Part shown: positions 18,888 through 29,559 of the stretch, one piece after another
How the letters are laid out: every line of letters starts with the position of its first letter
Numbering within the stretch: position 1 is the first letter of the stretch
Source of the DNA: Opitutaceae bacterium
Lineage (GTDB): Bacteria > Verrucomicrobiota > Verrucomicrobiia > Opitutales > Coraliomargaritaceae
Assembly (NCBI GenBank): GCA_051252375.1
Contig: JBPOFY010000002.1
Coordinates: 320,001-384,000, forward strand
Reading direction: 5' to 3'
DNA: 64,000 nucleotides
Made by a program: the position numbers and the translations under genes
The notes under the pieces: model-generated
Databases searched by the model: none
Seen by the model: only the letters and a program-made list of their open reading frames with translations
What the model was told of the DNA's origin: nothing

Positions 18888-21197
18888 CTAAGCCCGAGGA
18901 CTCACTGTAACAATCACCGACTTCGACGTCGGCGTCTGGCTGGTGGTGGCTTTCGACTGGATCGGAACGAGCACATTGGCTTCGGGGTAATACGCAGCGG
19001 CACAGCCTTTGGGCGTATCGTAAGGGATCGCGAGGAAGAGTTCGGCGTGACGAGTTTCATCGCCCCAGTAGCTAGTGATGTCGACCGGTTGCTCGGCGAC
19101 TATGCCGCGGGCTTTCATGTCATCAACATTCATAAAGATGACGCGGCGCTCGTTCTTAATACCACGATAGCGATCGTTGGTGCCATAGATGGTGGTGTTG
19201 AACTGGTCGTGACTGCGGAAAGTTTGCAGGAGTAACTGCCCTGCTTTGAGTTGGATCGGGTTGAGCAGGTTGACTGTGATCATCGCCTTGCCAGTCGCGG
19301 TTATGAAGCGTCGTTCCTTCACCGCATTGGGTAGATAAAAGCCACCGGGCTGGCGGGACTTTTGAATGTAGTTTTCAAATCCGGGGATGACTTGCTCAAT
19401 ACGTTGACGAATCAAGTCGTAGTTGTCCTCAAAGGCCAGCCACGGCACGCGGGTGCTATTCCCAAGAGTTGCCTTGGCGATACGACAGACGATGGCTGTC
19501 TCACTCAAGAGATCCGGAGATGCCGGCTCCAAACGCCCTTCCGAGCTGCTGACCACGCTCATGGAGTTCTCAACCGTGACAAACTGCGGACCGCTCTTTT
19601 GCAGATCCCTTTCGGTGCGGCCGAGACAAGGTAAAATCAGCGCGCGCTGCCCCGTCACCAAATGACCACGGTTCGGTTTGGTCGATATCTGCACCGTCAA
19701 CCGACAACGACGCATCGCTGCTGCGGTGTAATGCGTATCCGGAGAGGCCGACAGGAAATTACCCCCTAGCCCCATGAAGACACGGCACTTGCCCGCGTGC
19801 ATCGCTTCGATCGCATCGCAGGTGTCGTAGCCATGCTTGCGGGGTGAAGTGAATTCAAACTCTCGGTCGAGCGCTTGCAAAAAAGGCTCGGGCATTTTTT
19901 CCCAAATGCCCATAGTGCGATCACCCTGCACATTGCTGTGCCCACGCACGGGGCAAAGGCCGCTGCGAGGCACGCCAATCTTTCCGGTAATCAGGTGCAA
20001 GTTCACCAGCTCGCGAATGGTTTCGACTGCATTATGATGCTGCGTCAGCCCCATCGCCCAACAAGTGATGGCAGTTTCGGATTCGATGAAGACTTTAGCG
20101 GCGGCGCGAATCTGAGCTTCGCTCAAGCCAGACTGCTCGACGATGTCCGCCCAACTGACTGCTGCCAATGCCTCGACAAAGGCTTCGTATCCATCGGCGC
20201 AGGTCGTAATGAAATCTTCGTCGACGACCTTGCCCGGCATCGCCGCCTCTGCCTCTAAGACACACTTGAGCATGCCTTTGAGGAACGGCAGGTCACCATT
20301 GAGACGCACCGGCACATGGAGCGATGAAAGCGGAGTCGCCTTGCCAAGGATACCGGAAATTTTCTGTGGGTGTGCAAATGCTTTGAGCCCAGTTTCCAGT
20401 AGCGGATTGACGGATATAATCTTGCCGCCGTTCTGCACCATTTTCTCCAGCGATGTCAGCATGCGTGGATGATTGGTGCCGGGGTTCTGACCGATGATCA
20501 ATAGACAGTCGGTGGTTTCGATCTCCTCTAGTGTAACGGTGCCTTTGCCGATACCGATCGTTTCATTGAGTGCCGCGCCGCTGGACTCGTGGCACATATT
20601 CGAACAGTCAGGCAAATTGTTGGTGCCGAAGTGACGGACAAAGAGTTGATAGACGAAGGCCGCCTCATTACTAGCGCGACCGGAAGTATAGAAAATCGAT
20701 TCGTCCGGCTGACCTGCGTTGAGTTCTTCCGCGATGAGGGCTGCGGCGTCTTCCCACGAGATTGGCTTATAGTGAGTCGCCCCCTGCTCCAGTAGCATCG
20801 GTTCAGTGAGGCGTCCGGCATCGTTGAGCCAAAAATCGCTCTGCTCCCCCATCTCGACCACGGAGTGCTTGGCAAAAAACGCACGGTCGGCGCGCTTCTT
20901 AGTGGTTTCGGTGGCCACCGCTTTGGCACCGTTCTCGCAAAATTCAAAACTAGAACGCTCGCCATCCGGATCTGGCCAGGCACAGCTTGGACAATCGAAG
21001 CCCCCCTTCTGGTTGAGGCGATAGAGCGCCTTGCTCCCACGACTGACGCCAGCCTGGTCTTTCACATGCTTGATCGAGTTCGTGACCGCCTTCAAGCCGA
21101 CCGCTTGGTCTTTCGGTGCGGTGCGCTGAAGGTGCTCCAGTTGACGAGGTGGCTCGGCATCTGGAAGGTGTGACTGATCATCAGAACGTGGCATCAT
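18888..21197 (-). CDS. FdhF/YdeP-family molybdopterin oxidoreductase
   Basis: GFDCPSCAWPD, EFCENGAKA, NLPDCSNMCHES, RGHSNVQG and RSHDQFNTTIY motifs. Confidence 0.95.
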   Translation of the reverse strand: MMPRSDDQSHLPDAEPPRQLEHLQRTAPKDQAVGLKAVTNSIKHVKDQAGVSRGSKALYRLNQKGGFDCPSCAWPDPDGERSSFEFCENGAKAVATETTKKRADRAFFAKHSVVEMGEQSDFWLNDAGRLTEPMLLEQGATHYKPISWEDAAALIAEELNAGQPDESIFYTSGRASNEAAFVYQLFVRHFGTNNLPDCSNMCHESSGAALNETIGIGKGTVTLEEIETTDCLLIIGQNPGTNHPRMLTSLEKMVQNGGKIISVNPLLETGLKAFAHPQKISGILGKATPLSSLHVPVRLNGDLPFLKGMLKCVLEAEAAMPGKVVDEDFITTCADGYEAFVEALAAVSWADIVEQSGLSEAQIRAAAKVFIESETAITCWAMGLTQHHNAVETIRELVNLHLITGKIGVPRSGLCPVRGHSNVQGDRTMGIWEKMPEPFLQALDREFEFTSPRKHGYDTCDAIEAMHAGKCRVFMGLGGNFLSASPDTHYTAAAMRRCRLTVQISTKPNRGHLVTGQRALILPCLGRTERDLQKSGPQFVTVENSMSVVSSSEGRLEPASPDLLSETAIVCRIAKATLGNSTRVPWLAFEDNYDLIRQRIEQVIPGFENYIQKSRQPGGFYLPNAVKERRFITATGKAMITVNLLNPIQLKAGQLLLQTFRSHDQFNTTIYGTNDRYRGIKNERRVIFMNVDDMKARGIVAEQPVDITSYWGDETRHAELFLAIPYDTPKGCAAAYYPEANVLVPIQSKATTSQTPTSKSVIVTVSPRA

Positions 21198-21207
21198 TAT
21201 CTTCCGT

Positions 21208-22107
21208 TTATTTCAAGCGTTCAGGACAGCTGTAGATATTGTAACCAGCTTCGCGAACGAAGCCGACCAGCGTCACGTTAAAGTCGTTGGCCAAGGCGAC
21301 CGCCAAGCTCGAAGGCGCGCCTACCCCGGCGACCACTGGAATGCGCGCAACGAGCGCCTTTTGCAGAATCTCGTAACTCATGCGACCACTGACGCAAAGC
21401 ACTTGCCCCGATTCTGGCGTGCGACCGGCGATCAGGTTCTCACCGATTGCTTTATCGAGCGCGTTGTGCCGACCGATATCTTCGTGCGAAGCAAGAAGTT
21501 CACCGTCCGCTGAAAATATAGCCGCGGCATGGAGACCACCGGTTTGATGGAAAGCTTCTTGCTCGGCATGCATTTGCTCAGGCAGTGAATGTATCCAAGC
21601 AGCGGATACTTGCGTATCGTCCTCAATCCGGAGCGAATGAGGAATCGATAAATCCCCGATCGATGTCGTCCCGCAAACACCGCAACTAGAATGTGAGGTC
21701 AAATTGCGCTCACGCTTCGCCTGCGAAACATCGAGACCGACCCGCAGTTGCACCCGCGCACTCGTCGAGGCGCTACAACTGTCGCGGTTAAACGCGACAT
21801 CCAGCACATCACTAGCCTTCAGAATGATGCCTTCGCAATAAAGATAACCGTGGATCAACTCGATATCATGCCCCGGCGTGCGCATCGTGACCACCAGTGT
21901 TTTTTCTACCGACTTCCCTCCACGTGAAAAGACCGCAGTGATCTCCAGCGGATCTTCGATCGCGAGATAATCCTCCTCCGGCTCATGAAAAGCCCCAGAG
22001 CAAACGCGCTGCTTAATGACGCGAATGCTCTTTCGAGGATGAGTCGCCAGACTCGTCGTAGACTGTGCTGAATTAGAAATAGTAGTTTGAGGGGAGTTGT
22101 TGGACAC
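21208..22107 (-). CDS. fdhD: Formate dehydrogenase accessory sulfurtransferase FdhD
   Basis: MRTPG, SSCGVCG, TGGLHAA and EDIGRHNALDK motifs. Confidence 0.95.
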   Translation of the reverse strand: MSNNSPQTTISNSAQSTTSLATHPRKSIRVIKQRVCSGAFHEPEEDYLAIEDPLEITAVFSRGGKSVEKTLVVTMRTPGHDIELIHGYLYCEGIILKASDVLDVAFNRDSCSASTSARVQLRVGLDVSQAKRERNLTSHSSCGVCGTTSIGDLSIPHSLRIEDDTQVSAAWIHSLPEQMHAEQEAFHQTGGLHAAAIFSADGELLASHEDIGRHNALDKAIGENLIAGRTPESGQVLCVSGRMSYEILQKALVARIPVVAGVGAPSSLAVALANDFNVTLVGFVREAGYNIYSCPERLK

Positions 22108-22322
22108 CCATCAAAGCCGTTTCGCTAAAAACTTAAAGGTTTTTACCGAATGCATTTGGCTGAAGGCTTGTTCATGTGGAACGGCAATCAGGGTTCATGC
22201 GCCGCTCGAATAGAGCAAACGCACAATATAGAGATTTACTCGCCCCACACGATCCTAATCACCACTGACAACCCACTTCAGGTTCCTTGACCTCCCTGGT
22301 TCACATGCTATTAGATTGTGAC

Positions 22323-22670
22323 ATGGAGAGTGCCGTTCAAGAAAGCTTCCGCCCAAAAATTGAAGCACGTATTCACGAGTTGGAGGATTCGATGGAATCG
22401 ACGAAACAAGATCGTGAGGCGATCTCACCAGATAAATCCATCGGGCGTCTCTCAAGGTTGGACTCGATGCAGATGCAGCAGATGGCGCTTGGCATGAACA
22501 GCCGCATGCAGGAGGAGGTCAGACAATTGAAAGAGGCTTTAAAGCGCATCGACAACGCGCGTTTCGGAACCTGTGACCTTTGCCGCAAAGATATTCCGAT
22601 GGAGCGCCTGGAGTTTCAACTTGATGCCACGATTTGCGTCGATTGTTTTCGCCGAGCGAGTGCCCGGTAG
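22323..22670 (+). CDS. TraR/DksA family C4 zinc-finger protein
   Basis: GRLSRLDSMQ, coiled coil, CDLC...CVDC. Start could be 22287. Confidence 0.9.
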   Translation: MESAVQESFRPKIEARIHELEDSMESTKQDREAISPDKSIGRLSRLDSMQMQQMALGMNSRMQEEVRQLKEALKRIDNARFGTCDLCRKDIPMERLEFQLDATICVDCFRRASAR

Positions 22671-22697
22671 GGTTCGATGCGGAAATCGCGCCCTACC
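22666..22697. repeat. Collapsed GTAG-type REP hairpin overlapping the stop codon of the DksA-like gene
   Basis: GGTAGGGTTCGATGCGGAAATCGCGCCCTACC. Confidence 0.55.
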
Positions 22698-22762
22698 AAA
22701 GGACTTCAATCGACTGAACGTAGTCGAAGACTGATCACGCAGCGAAGTTCAACCCCTAACCC

Positions 22763-22794
22763 AAAGCGGTGGCCATCAACGGTCGCCGCTTTTT
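22763..22794 (+). terminator. Rho-independent terminator
   Basis: AAAGCGGTGGCC-ATCAAC-GGTCGCCGC followed by TTTTT. Confidence 0.75.
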
Positions 22795-22885
22795 GTTTAC
22801 TTGCAGCGCACCTGCTTAAGCGATTGTTTCTACCAGTCTGAGTGCGGCGCGCATTCTACAAAATTTCCAACTTAAAACGATCCCC

Positions 22886-23785
22886 ATGCTTCTAACTCCC
22901 TCGAAAATCCGCCGGCTGAAACTAGCCCTGCCAATTAACAAACTTTGGTCGCTAGTAGCTCTTAGTCTAGGATCACTATTGCTTGGGACTTCCGCTGCTT
23001 CAGCTGACGTGCCAGACGAGCAATTCAGACCCCTCTTTAACGGCAAAAACTATGAGGGTTGGTATATCAAGTTAAAGGATGGCGATCAGGCTTTAGGAGA
23101 GCGCGTATTCGCGATTAAGGACGAAATGATTCACGTCTTCGGCGAGGGCTGGCCAGATGAGATCGACTTAGACAAAGGCACCGATGCAACCATCGGGATG
23201 TTATATACAAAAAAGACTTTTGAAAAATATCATCTCAAATTTGAGTATAAGTGGGGAAAGAAGAAGGCGAACTACTTTGCCAAGTGGCAGTATGATGCTG
23301 GCGTCTATTACCACATAACAGATGACAAAGTATTCCCGACTGGAGTGGAATTCCAGATACACTACCACCACAGGAAAGACCGTAACGGCACTGGTGACTT
23401 AATTCGTCCTCCAGGCCAGAAGTATGACTGGTATTTTAATACTGAGACCAGTGACTACCTACACCCTGATGAAGGCGGCATCCTTTACGAAAAGCAAAAG
23501 TCATACAAAGGGAGAAGTTGGCTGCATAGTGCCAAGATCACTCAGAATTTTAATGGCTTAAACGACGAGTGGAACAGTTGCGAACTCATCGTGATGGGCG
23601 GAGAATATGCCATCCACAAACTCAATGGCGAAGTGGTCAACATGGCCTTCAATCTGCAACCTGCCGCCGGAATTATCGGCTTCCAGTCGGAGACCGCTGA
23701 GATCTTTTATAGAAATATTGAGATCAAAGAATTTGAAAAAAGTGTCCCAGCTGATTCGTTCCTAAAAACAGAATCTGATAAGTAA
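22886..23785 (+). CDS. DUF1080 (3-keto-disaccharide hydrolase family) secreted protein
   Basis: LFNGKNYEGW, LKFEYKWG, WNSCEL and GIIGFQSETAEIFYRNIEI motifs. Confidence 0.88.
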   Translation: MLLTPSKIRRLKLALPINKLWSLVALSLGSLLLGTSAASADVPDEQFRPLFNGKNYEGWYIKLKDGDQALGERVFAIKDEMIHVFGEGWPDEIDLDKGTDATIGMLYTKKTFEKYHLKFEYKWGKKKANYFAKWQYDAGVYYHITDDKVFPTGVEFQIHYHHRKDRNGTGDLIRPPGQKYDWYFNTETSDYLHPDEGGILYEKQKSYKGRSWLHSAKITQNFNGLNDEWNSCELIVMGGEYAIHKLNGEVVNMAFNLQPAAGIIGFQSETAEIFYRNIEIKEFEKSVPADSFLKTESDK

Positions 23786-23788
23786 GCT

Positions 23789-24001
23789 CTGGTCACAAAG
23801 CCCTTTAAACTCAATCGTCGTCAATACCTCGGCACCATGCTCGGCGCAGGGGCGGGGCTAAGTTTGAGTGATGCGTCTTTTGCTTCCACATCTGACATTG
23901 CCACCGCGCCGCCTCAAGTCGCACTGGGCAAGACTGGAATCACGACTTCCCGCCTCGGATTGATGGCTAAATATCCCGTATCAAGAGAGGGTCTCACTTA
24001 A
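23789..24001 (+). pseudogene. Truncated Tat-signal aldo/keto reductase-like remnant
   Basis: Hand translation KLNRRQYLGTMLGAGAGLSLSDASFAS...PQVALGKTGITTSRLGL. No ATG before the RR motif; stops after ~70 codons. Confidence 0.65.
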
Positions 24002-25253
24002 TACGATACACCTCGATCCTACAGCGAGGAAAGACATGCCCGTAGTATGCGAGGATGTCGCCGTAACGTGAGAACATCCAAGGTGCAGACATGCTCTCCC
24101 CGTTTTTGGTGTATACAATGTCGCCTGCAATATAGACGACGCTATGTGCAGCATCACCATTAGTAGGGTCGGCGAAAATGATGACGTCACCATAGCGTAG
24201 GGGATCATCTACAGCGACACTCTGATATCGCTCGTAAAATTCTTCGGTCATAATATTCCCACGTATGTTATTGAGAAGTGACTGGCTTCGAAAAAAATTA
24301 AAGGCTGTCCAGTGGCAGTCTAAAGTTCCAAATTCTCTGGAATCTTCAGGTAGCGGAAAAGTGTATAAAAGCCTTCGTGCCACAGGCGGTAAGAGGTGAA
24401 CCACGTCAAGATATTCAACATGTGGATTGCCGGCAATGGATTCAAAGATCGGCGCAACGGCCTTCCGCTTGTGCCCCTCGCTCCAATATTCTGAGATGGC
24501 GGACAAGTCACTTTCACCTCCAACCTGAATCCGTAGCACTAGGCTCCTAATTCTTGTGGTTGCGCGAACAAGCGTTCGGCGTTTCTCAAGCGTATCGAGA
24601 CGGGAAGACACAAGACCGAGATCGCTCCAGACCAAGCAATTCCCCCAGCGGTAAGTCAGCTTATCGATGAGCTCAATCGTCTCACGGTCCAGACCGCTGT
24701 CCTTATACCAGCTAAAGGCATCAACTGATGCGATAATGATGGGATTGATGTATCTCTCGTTGACGGGCGAGCGCCGGAGAATCTCTGCTAGCTTAGCACG
24801 GGTTTCCGGCGTAAGTGCTAATACTAGGTCCGGCTCGGGGAAAAAGCTAATACCACCCTGCTCCACATTGGCCCATGCCTTGAGCGCCTGCCCCCAAAGA
24901 CGGTCCCCTATGGTAGGTGGAAACCCAATCTCATTCAAAAGATTCTCGATAGCCAGAGGGTCGGTTTCGGGGAAGTGCCAATGCACCTGATCCGTAGACA
25001 ATCTTATTTCCGCTAATAAGTTCTTCGGGTAGCTAAGAATGATCGGGTAGTATTGGAGTTTACCCCACGGTCCCTTGGCGACGTCATAAGCTTTGTTTAA
25101 GTCTAGCTCAGCTAAGAGGGGGTCTTTGTATGAAGCCAGCCTCGAGCCGTCGGGGGTGACAAGCAAGTGATCTGGGACACTTGACCAAGCGGAAGGAATC
25201 AGGATCACAAAAGCGACCCCACGTAGAATGGAGCGAAATAAAGAAGCGAGCAT
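23994..25253 (-). CDS. Secreted hypothetical protein with a C-terminal papain/NlpC-P60-like Cys-His domain
   Basis: Signal peptide; DCHWTAFNF ... YGDVIIF ... HSVVYI ... YTKNG. Confidence 0.65.
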   Translation of the reverse strand: MLASLFRSILRGVAFVILIPSAWSSVPDHLLVTPDGSRLASYKDPLLAELDLNKAYDVAKGPWGKLQYYPIILSYPKNLLAEIRLSTDQVHWHFPETDPLAIENLLNEIGFPPTIGDRLWGQALKAWANVEQGGISFFPEPDLVLALTPETRAKLAEILRRSPVNERYINPIIIASVDAFSWYKDSGLDRETIELIDKLTYRWGNCLVWSDLGLVSSRLDTLEKRRTLVRATTRIRSLVLRIQVGGESDLSAISEYWSEGHKRKAVAPIFESIAGNPHVEYLDVVHLLPPVARRLLYTFPLPEDSREFGTLDCHWTAFNFFRSQSLLNNIRGNIMTEEFYERYQSVAVDDPLRYGDVIIFADPTNGDAAHSVVYIAGDIVYTKNGESMSAPWMFSRYGDILAYYGHVFPRCRIEVYRIK

Positions 25254-25494
25254 ATGAAGAAAATGCAGAGATCGTTAAGAGATCGTATTGAGCGGGTCTT
25301 CGCAGGCAGTGCTCTTGGCACCACCTAAGTTCCCCACGCTTCAAGGCGTCGCACCTCATGCAAGTGACGTTATCTGTATTCCAGCCGTGGTGTAATACAA
25401 GCACGAAAGTAGCATCTGACAGTGCCTATTCGTTGGTTGGCATTTTAATGCCATGCTAGCGCCGCATTATCGGGCGACTTTGGAGTCAGCGAAG

Positions 25495-26901
25495 TTATTG
25501 CCCAATCAATTGCTTCATCTCTGCGACTCGTTCTGGCTGCGCATCAGAAAGATTTACAGCGTCTTTTTCCGGCGAAGTATGGTCGTAGAGCTCTGGGCTT
25601 TTATTTTCATGCAGGATCAGACGATGGCTGTCAGTGCGCACCGAAACAGACGAGCCGTAATGCGAAATAGCAGGATGCCCCTCAGCCGCGGGGTCTTCTA
25701 GAATCGGCAACAAAGAGCGCCCCGCCACAAAGGACGGCATTTCCAGACCCGACAACTCACAGAGCGTGGGAAATAAATCGACTGTCGAAACGATAGAATC
25801 TGTAGCTTCTCCTTCGGCGTGCATACCCGGATAGCGAATAATCAATGGAGACTGTAAAGCTTCTTCCAAGAGGCAGTGCTTACCCCATATCCCATGCTCT
25901 CCGAGGTGCCAACCGTGGTCGCCCCATAGAATGACGATGGTATCGTGCTCGGCCCCAGTGGCCTTCAACTTTGCCAAAATGTCGCCGACGTGCTTATCCA
26001 CATAGCTGACGCATGCTGCGTAATGACGGCGCACTTCAGTCGCAAACTCTGCATCCTTGTTCGGATCCTTGCCCCATCGCTCGTAGCCCATGAACTCTCC
26101 GGACTTATGCCAGCTGCCATTTTCTAGTCTTTCCGGATCTTCGATTGGTGGAAGCGTCACACCTTCGTAGAGATCTAAATACTTCTTAGGGGCTCCAAAG
26201 GGCAAGTGCGGCTTGATCAAGCCGATCGCAAGAAAGAAGGGTTCGTCTTTGGACGCCAGTGCTTCCAACTGCACCAAGCCCTCTTCGAGGATGCGACCGT
26301 CAGGATAAATACTGTCGGATCCTTCGACCGCTTCATAAACGAAGTTCTCACCATTTCCTCGGATGCGTTGTTTCCCGTTAGCATATCCGTGCATAGAGCC
26401 ACGCGGGTGCTCCCACTCGTCGGATGGCATGAGATGTAGATCCCAGGCGTTTGGTAATTCCGGTGCATTTTCGCTATCCCAATTCTTGCCGCCTCGCCCG
26501 CCAGGATGATGCGAGACTTTGCCGACCGATACCGTCGTATAGCCATGATTACGGAACCACTCAGGCATACTTGGTGGGATACCTGGCTTGCCCGCTTCCA
26601 AACGTCGCGCCCGCTCAAATATGTGCTCATTTCCCTGAATTTGTAGCGGATAAAGCCCCGTCAACATACTGTAACGCGAAGGACCGCAACTCGGTGCCGC
26701 CACATAGTGCCGCGTGAATGCGCGCCCTGAAGCTGCCAACTTGTCGATGTTCGGCGAGTGCACATAACTCGCGCCAAAGCTATTGATTTCGTTACGCAAG
26801 TCATCCACGCAGATCATCAATATATTTGGCGGTCGATCTTTGGCATGAACCAACGCTGCAAAACAAAAAACCGCAATGGGGAGGCTCCATCTAATCTTCA
26901 T
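25495..26901 (-). CDS. Sulfatase (iduronate-2-sulfatase-like S1 subgroup)
   Basis: [34 protein letters not shown] and [11 protein letters not shown] motifs. Confidence 0.95.
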   Translation of the reverse strand: MKIRWSLPIAVFCFAALVHAKDRPPNILMICVDDLRNEINSFGASYVHSPNIDKLAASGRAFTRHYVAAPSCGPSRYSMLTGLYPLQIQGNEHIFERARRLEAGKPGIPPSMPEWFRNHGYTTVSVGKVSHHPGGRGGKNWDSENAPELPNAWDLHLMPSDEWEHPRGSMHGYANGKQRIRGNGENFVYEAVEGSDSIYPDGRILEEGLVQLEALASKDEPFFLAIGLIKPHLPFGAPKKYLDLYEGVTLPPIEDPERLENGSWHKSGEFMGYERWGKDPNKDAEFATEVRRHYAACVSYVDKHVGDILAKLKATGAEHDTIVILWGDHGWHLGEHGIWGKHCLLEEALQSPLIIRYPGMHAEGEATDSIVSTVDLFPTLCELSGLEMPSFVAGRSLLPILEDPAAEGHPAISHYGSSVSVRTDSHRLILHENKSPELYDHTSPEKDAVNLSDAQPERVAEMKQLIGQ

Positions 26902-26970
26902 ACGAAATACTACAAATTAAACAAGCAACGGCACAAGATAGTTCGTAGTTGGAAACCTAAGATTGTATTC

Positions 26971-27942
26971 CTATTCCGATCCAGGGTCACGAGACATGAG
27001 GTCCTTCAGCGCTTGCCGAGGATCTTTACCGTCTTCGACGACTTTACAGACCTCTTCGGTGATCGGCATTTCAATGCCATGCTCGGCGGCGAGATCACGG
27101 GCGGCTTTGGCGTTCCAAATACCCTCAGCGACTTGCTTCATACCGCTCATAATTTGCTCTAAGCTCTCGCCCTTGCCCAGACGCTCACCAACGGATCGAT
27201 TGCGGCTGTGACGACTCGCGCAGGTGACGATCAAGTCGCCGATACCGCTCAACCCGGAGAAAGTTTCTGGCTTGGCTCCGAGGCAGACGCCTAGGCGTGA
27301 AATTTCTGCTAGTCCGCGAGTCATCAATGCGGCCTTAGTGTTGTCGCCCAACCCCATGCCGTCGAGAATACCAGCCGCCACAGCGATCACGTTCTTAAAC
27401 GTGCCACCAATTTCGACGCCAAGCGGATCGTCGGAGGTATAAACGCGAAAACTCTTACCAAGAAAAGCCTGCTGCATCTGTTCCGCCCGTTCGCCCGCGA
27501 TCGTCACTGCAGTGGGAACACCGCGCGCAACTTCCTCGGCATGGGAGGGTCCAGAAAGGATGGCGATATTTTTACCGAGCACATCGAATGCGACTTCACT
27601 CATCCGTTGGTGCGTGGTCTCGTCGAGTCCTTTGGTCGCACTCACGATGAGCACGTCTTCCGACAGATGCGGTTTAAAAGCTTCCAGTGATGAGCGGTAG
27701 AAACGCGACGGAGTCACGACGACTACGAGATCAGCATCGCTCACGGCGGCAGGGTCGGAAGTCCATGCAATCTCACTCGGGATTTTAACTCCGGGCAGAT
27801 ATGCACTGTTCTCTCCAGTCTCACGTATCGCGCTGAGTTCTTCTTCAAAAGGTCCCCAGATCGTAACCTGATTACCATTACCCGCGAGCACCATGCCGAG
27901 CGCAGTGCCCCAGCCTCCATTTCCGATTACAAATGCTTTCAT
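26971..27942 (-). CDS. gpsA: NAD(P)H-dependent glycerol-3-phosphate dehydrogenase
   Basis: GNGGWGTAL, SGPSHAEEV, KNVIAVAAG and GIGDLIVTC..SRNR motifs. Confidence 0.97.
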   Translation of the reverse strand: MKAFVIGNGGWGTALGMVLAGNGNQVTIWGPFEEELSAIRETGENSAYLPGVKIPSEIAWTSDPAAVSDADLVVVVTPSRFYRSSLEAFKPHLSEDVLIVSATKGLDETTHQRMSEVAFDVLGKNIAILSGPSHAEEVARGVPTAVTIAGERAEQMQQAFLGKSFRVYTSDDPLGVEIGGTFKNVIAVAAGILDGMGLGDNTKAALMTRGLAEISRLGVCLGAKPETFSGLSGIGDLIVTCASRHSRNRSVGERLGKGESLEQIMSGMKQVAEGIWNAKAARDLAAEHGIEMPITEEVCKVVEDGKDPRQALKDLMSRDPGSE

Positions 27943-28096
27943 AGCTGAGAGTATTCAAATCACATTCATGACCTCAAGTCCAATGACTCCACTGCGCATT
28001 GATTCATTTCTATATATGCCGTTCGTGTAGGCATGGCGCTCAGGGGGAGGTTTCTGTTGATTTCTGTTATTTGTAGAGTCAATCTGCCGAATGCCT

Positions 28097-29557
28097 ATGA
28101 AACTCTACCCCGCCCTAATACTACCTTTCCTAATCGCACTATGCGCTTGTTCCAAGCCAGCCGAAGAGAAAGAACCCACTTCAAGCGATGCTACGTCGAG
28201 CAGCCCTGAAGTGGCGTCCGCGAATCTTTATGAGCCCGTGCTCATCAAGGTAATTAGCGGAGAAGATGAAAATGCGGGCTATGATCAAGACCGCCAGGCC
28301 ATGGGCATGTTAAAGCGCAACATTGTCGAACTACAAAATGCGTCAAAAGAGGAAACTGATCCTGCGAAGCAAGCTGAGCTATTTAGTGAGATTGAGAAGG
28401 CGCAGGCTGAATACAGCGACAACGCGAAAAAAGTTAAAGAAGCTTACGGCATCACACTCGATGATGGAAACACCTACAACAACATCCCTCAGAAGGCCAA
28501 CGTGTATTTAGAAATGACCGCCGATGAGATCGCAAAACGTAAAGCTTCAGATCCCGAATTTGAAGTCGATGAGCGTGTTTTTGCACTGACAAAAGAACTT
28601 AGCAGTCCTGAGCAAATACAGGCATTCAAACAAGACGTGAATACTATGCGCACCATGCTAAATCAAGCCGCGCAGTTGCAGCAGCAAGTAGATGCCGAAC
28701 AAGATGAAGCCCGTAAGGCTGAATTATCCACGCTGATGGAAACGGTTAAAAGCCAGCTAACCGCCAACAACCAAACCATGTTCGACACATATGGCTTCTC
28801 CATTGATCGCAACGCACAGATAAGAAGCACTGAGTCCAATATTTACATGTATCCCAGATTGCCCGAGTTGAATGATGTAGCAGGCTTAGCACCCAACTTT
28901 GTAAAAGTAAGCACACTGGAGGATGCGGATGTAAATTTGGAGTTTTCGAATAACGTCCAAGTCATGGAGGGTATGCGGAGCGACCTCGCTAACTTACAGA
29001 ATGCCATCGTAACTGAACTAGACGCAGACAAAAAAGCTGAACTGGAGAAGCAATTCGAAGAGTTAGAAGCCAAAGGGACAGAAAACAATTCACTAATGAT
29101 TAAGACCTATGGATTTGATCTCAACCGGAACTACTCACGTATCATCAAGCAAGCTCGTTTATTCGTGCGCTTGACACCAGAGGAAGCGACCAAGATCAAA
29201 GCAGAGGATCCAAGCGCTGAAATCTCTAATGATGGTCTATACAAAGTCGTCACCATTAACACTGTAGAGGCGAATCAACAGTTTCAGCGTAATGTCCAAA
29301 TAATGCAGAATTTTCGCCAGCAAACCATGATCGCTTCTCAAACGATTGAACAAGAGGTCGATGAAACGAAAAAAGCGGAAGCGCAGCAACAACTAGATCA
29401 AGCACTAGAAAAGTTGAATGAAAACAACACTAAGATGGTCGAACTCTATGGTTACTCCCTAGAACGCGATTATGAGTATACAATCGATATCTCCGATCTT
29501 TACCTCGAGCTATCCCGCAAGGAAATCTCTGAGCTGGAGGCAGGAAAGAGCATCTAG
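28097..29557 (+). CDS. Lipoprotein built from four ~95-100 aa helical-hairpin repeats
   Basis: Lipobox LCAC. Repeated E-x-D-x-x-K-x-AE ... NN-x-x-M-x-x-x-YG[FY]-x-[LI]-x-R-[ND]. Confidence 0.75.
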   Translation: MKLYPALILPFLIALCACSKPAEEKEPTSSDATSSSPEVASANLYEPVLIKVISGEDENAGYDQDRQAMGMLKRNIVELQNASKEETDPAKQAELFSEIEKAQAEYSDNAKKVKEAYGITLDDGNTYNNIPQKANVYLEMTADEIAKRKASDPEFEVDERVFALTKELSSPEQIQAFKQDVNTMRTMLNQAAQLQQQVDAEQDEARKAELSTLMETVKSQLTANNQTMFDTYGFSIDRNAQIRSTESNIYMYPRLPELNDVAGLAPNFVKVSTLEDADVNLEFSNNVQVMEGMRSDLANLQNAIVTELDADKKAELEKQFEELEAKGTENNSLMIKTYGFDLNRNYSRIIKQARLFVRLTPEEATKIKAEDPSAEISNDGLYKVVTINTVEANQQFQRNVQIMQNFRQQTMIASQTIEQEVDETKKAEAQQQLDQALEKLNENNTKMVELYGYSLERDYEYTIDISDLYLELSRKEISELEAGKSI

Positions 29558-29559
29558 TC

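Noticed and set aside
18888..21197. Selenocysteine formate dehydrogenase
   Set aside because: There is no in-frame TGA, and the motifs are those of the Cys-containing YdeP-like subgroup.
22110..22290. Moco riboswitch or ModE site upstream of fdhD
   Set aside because: No convincing match to either motif by eye; an Rfam scan would settle it.
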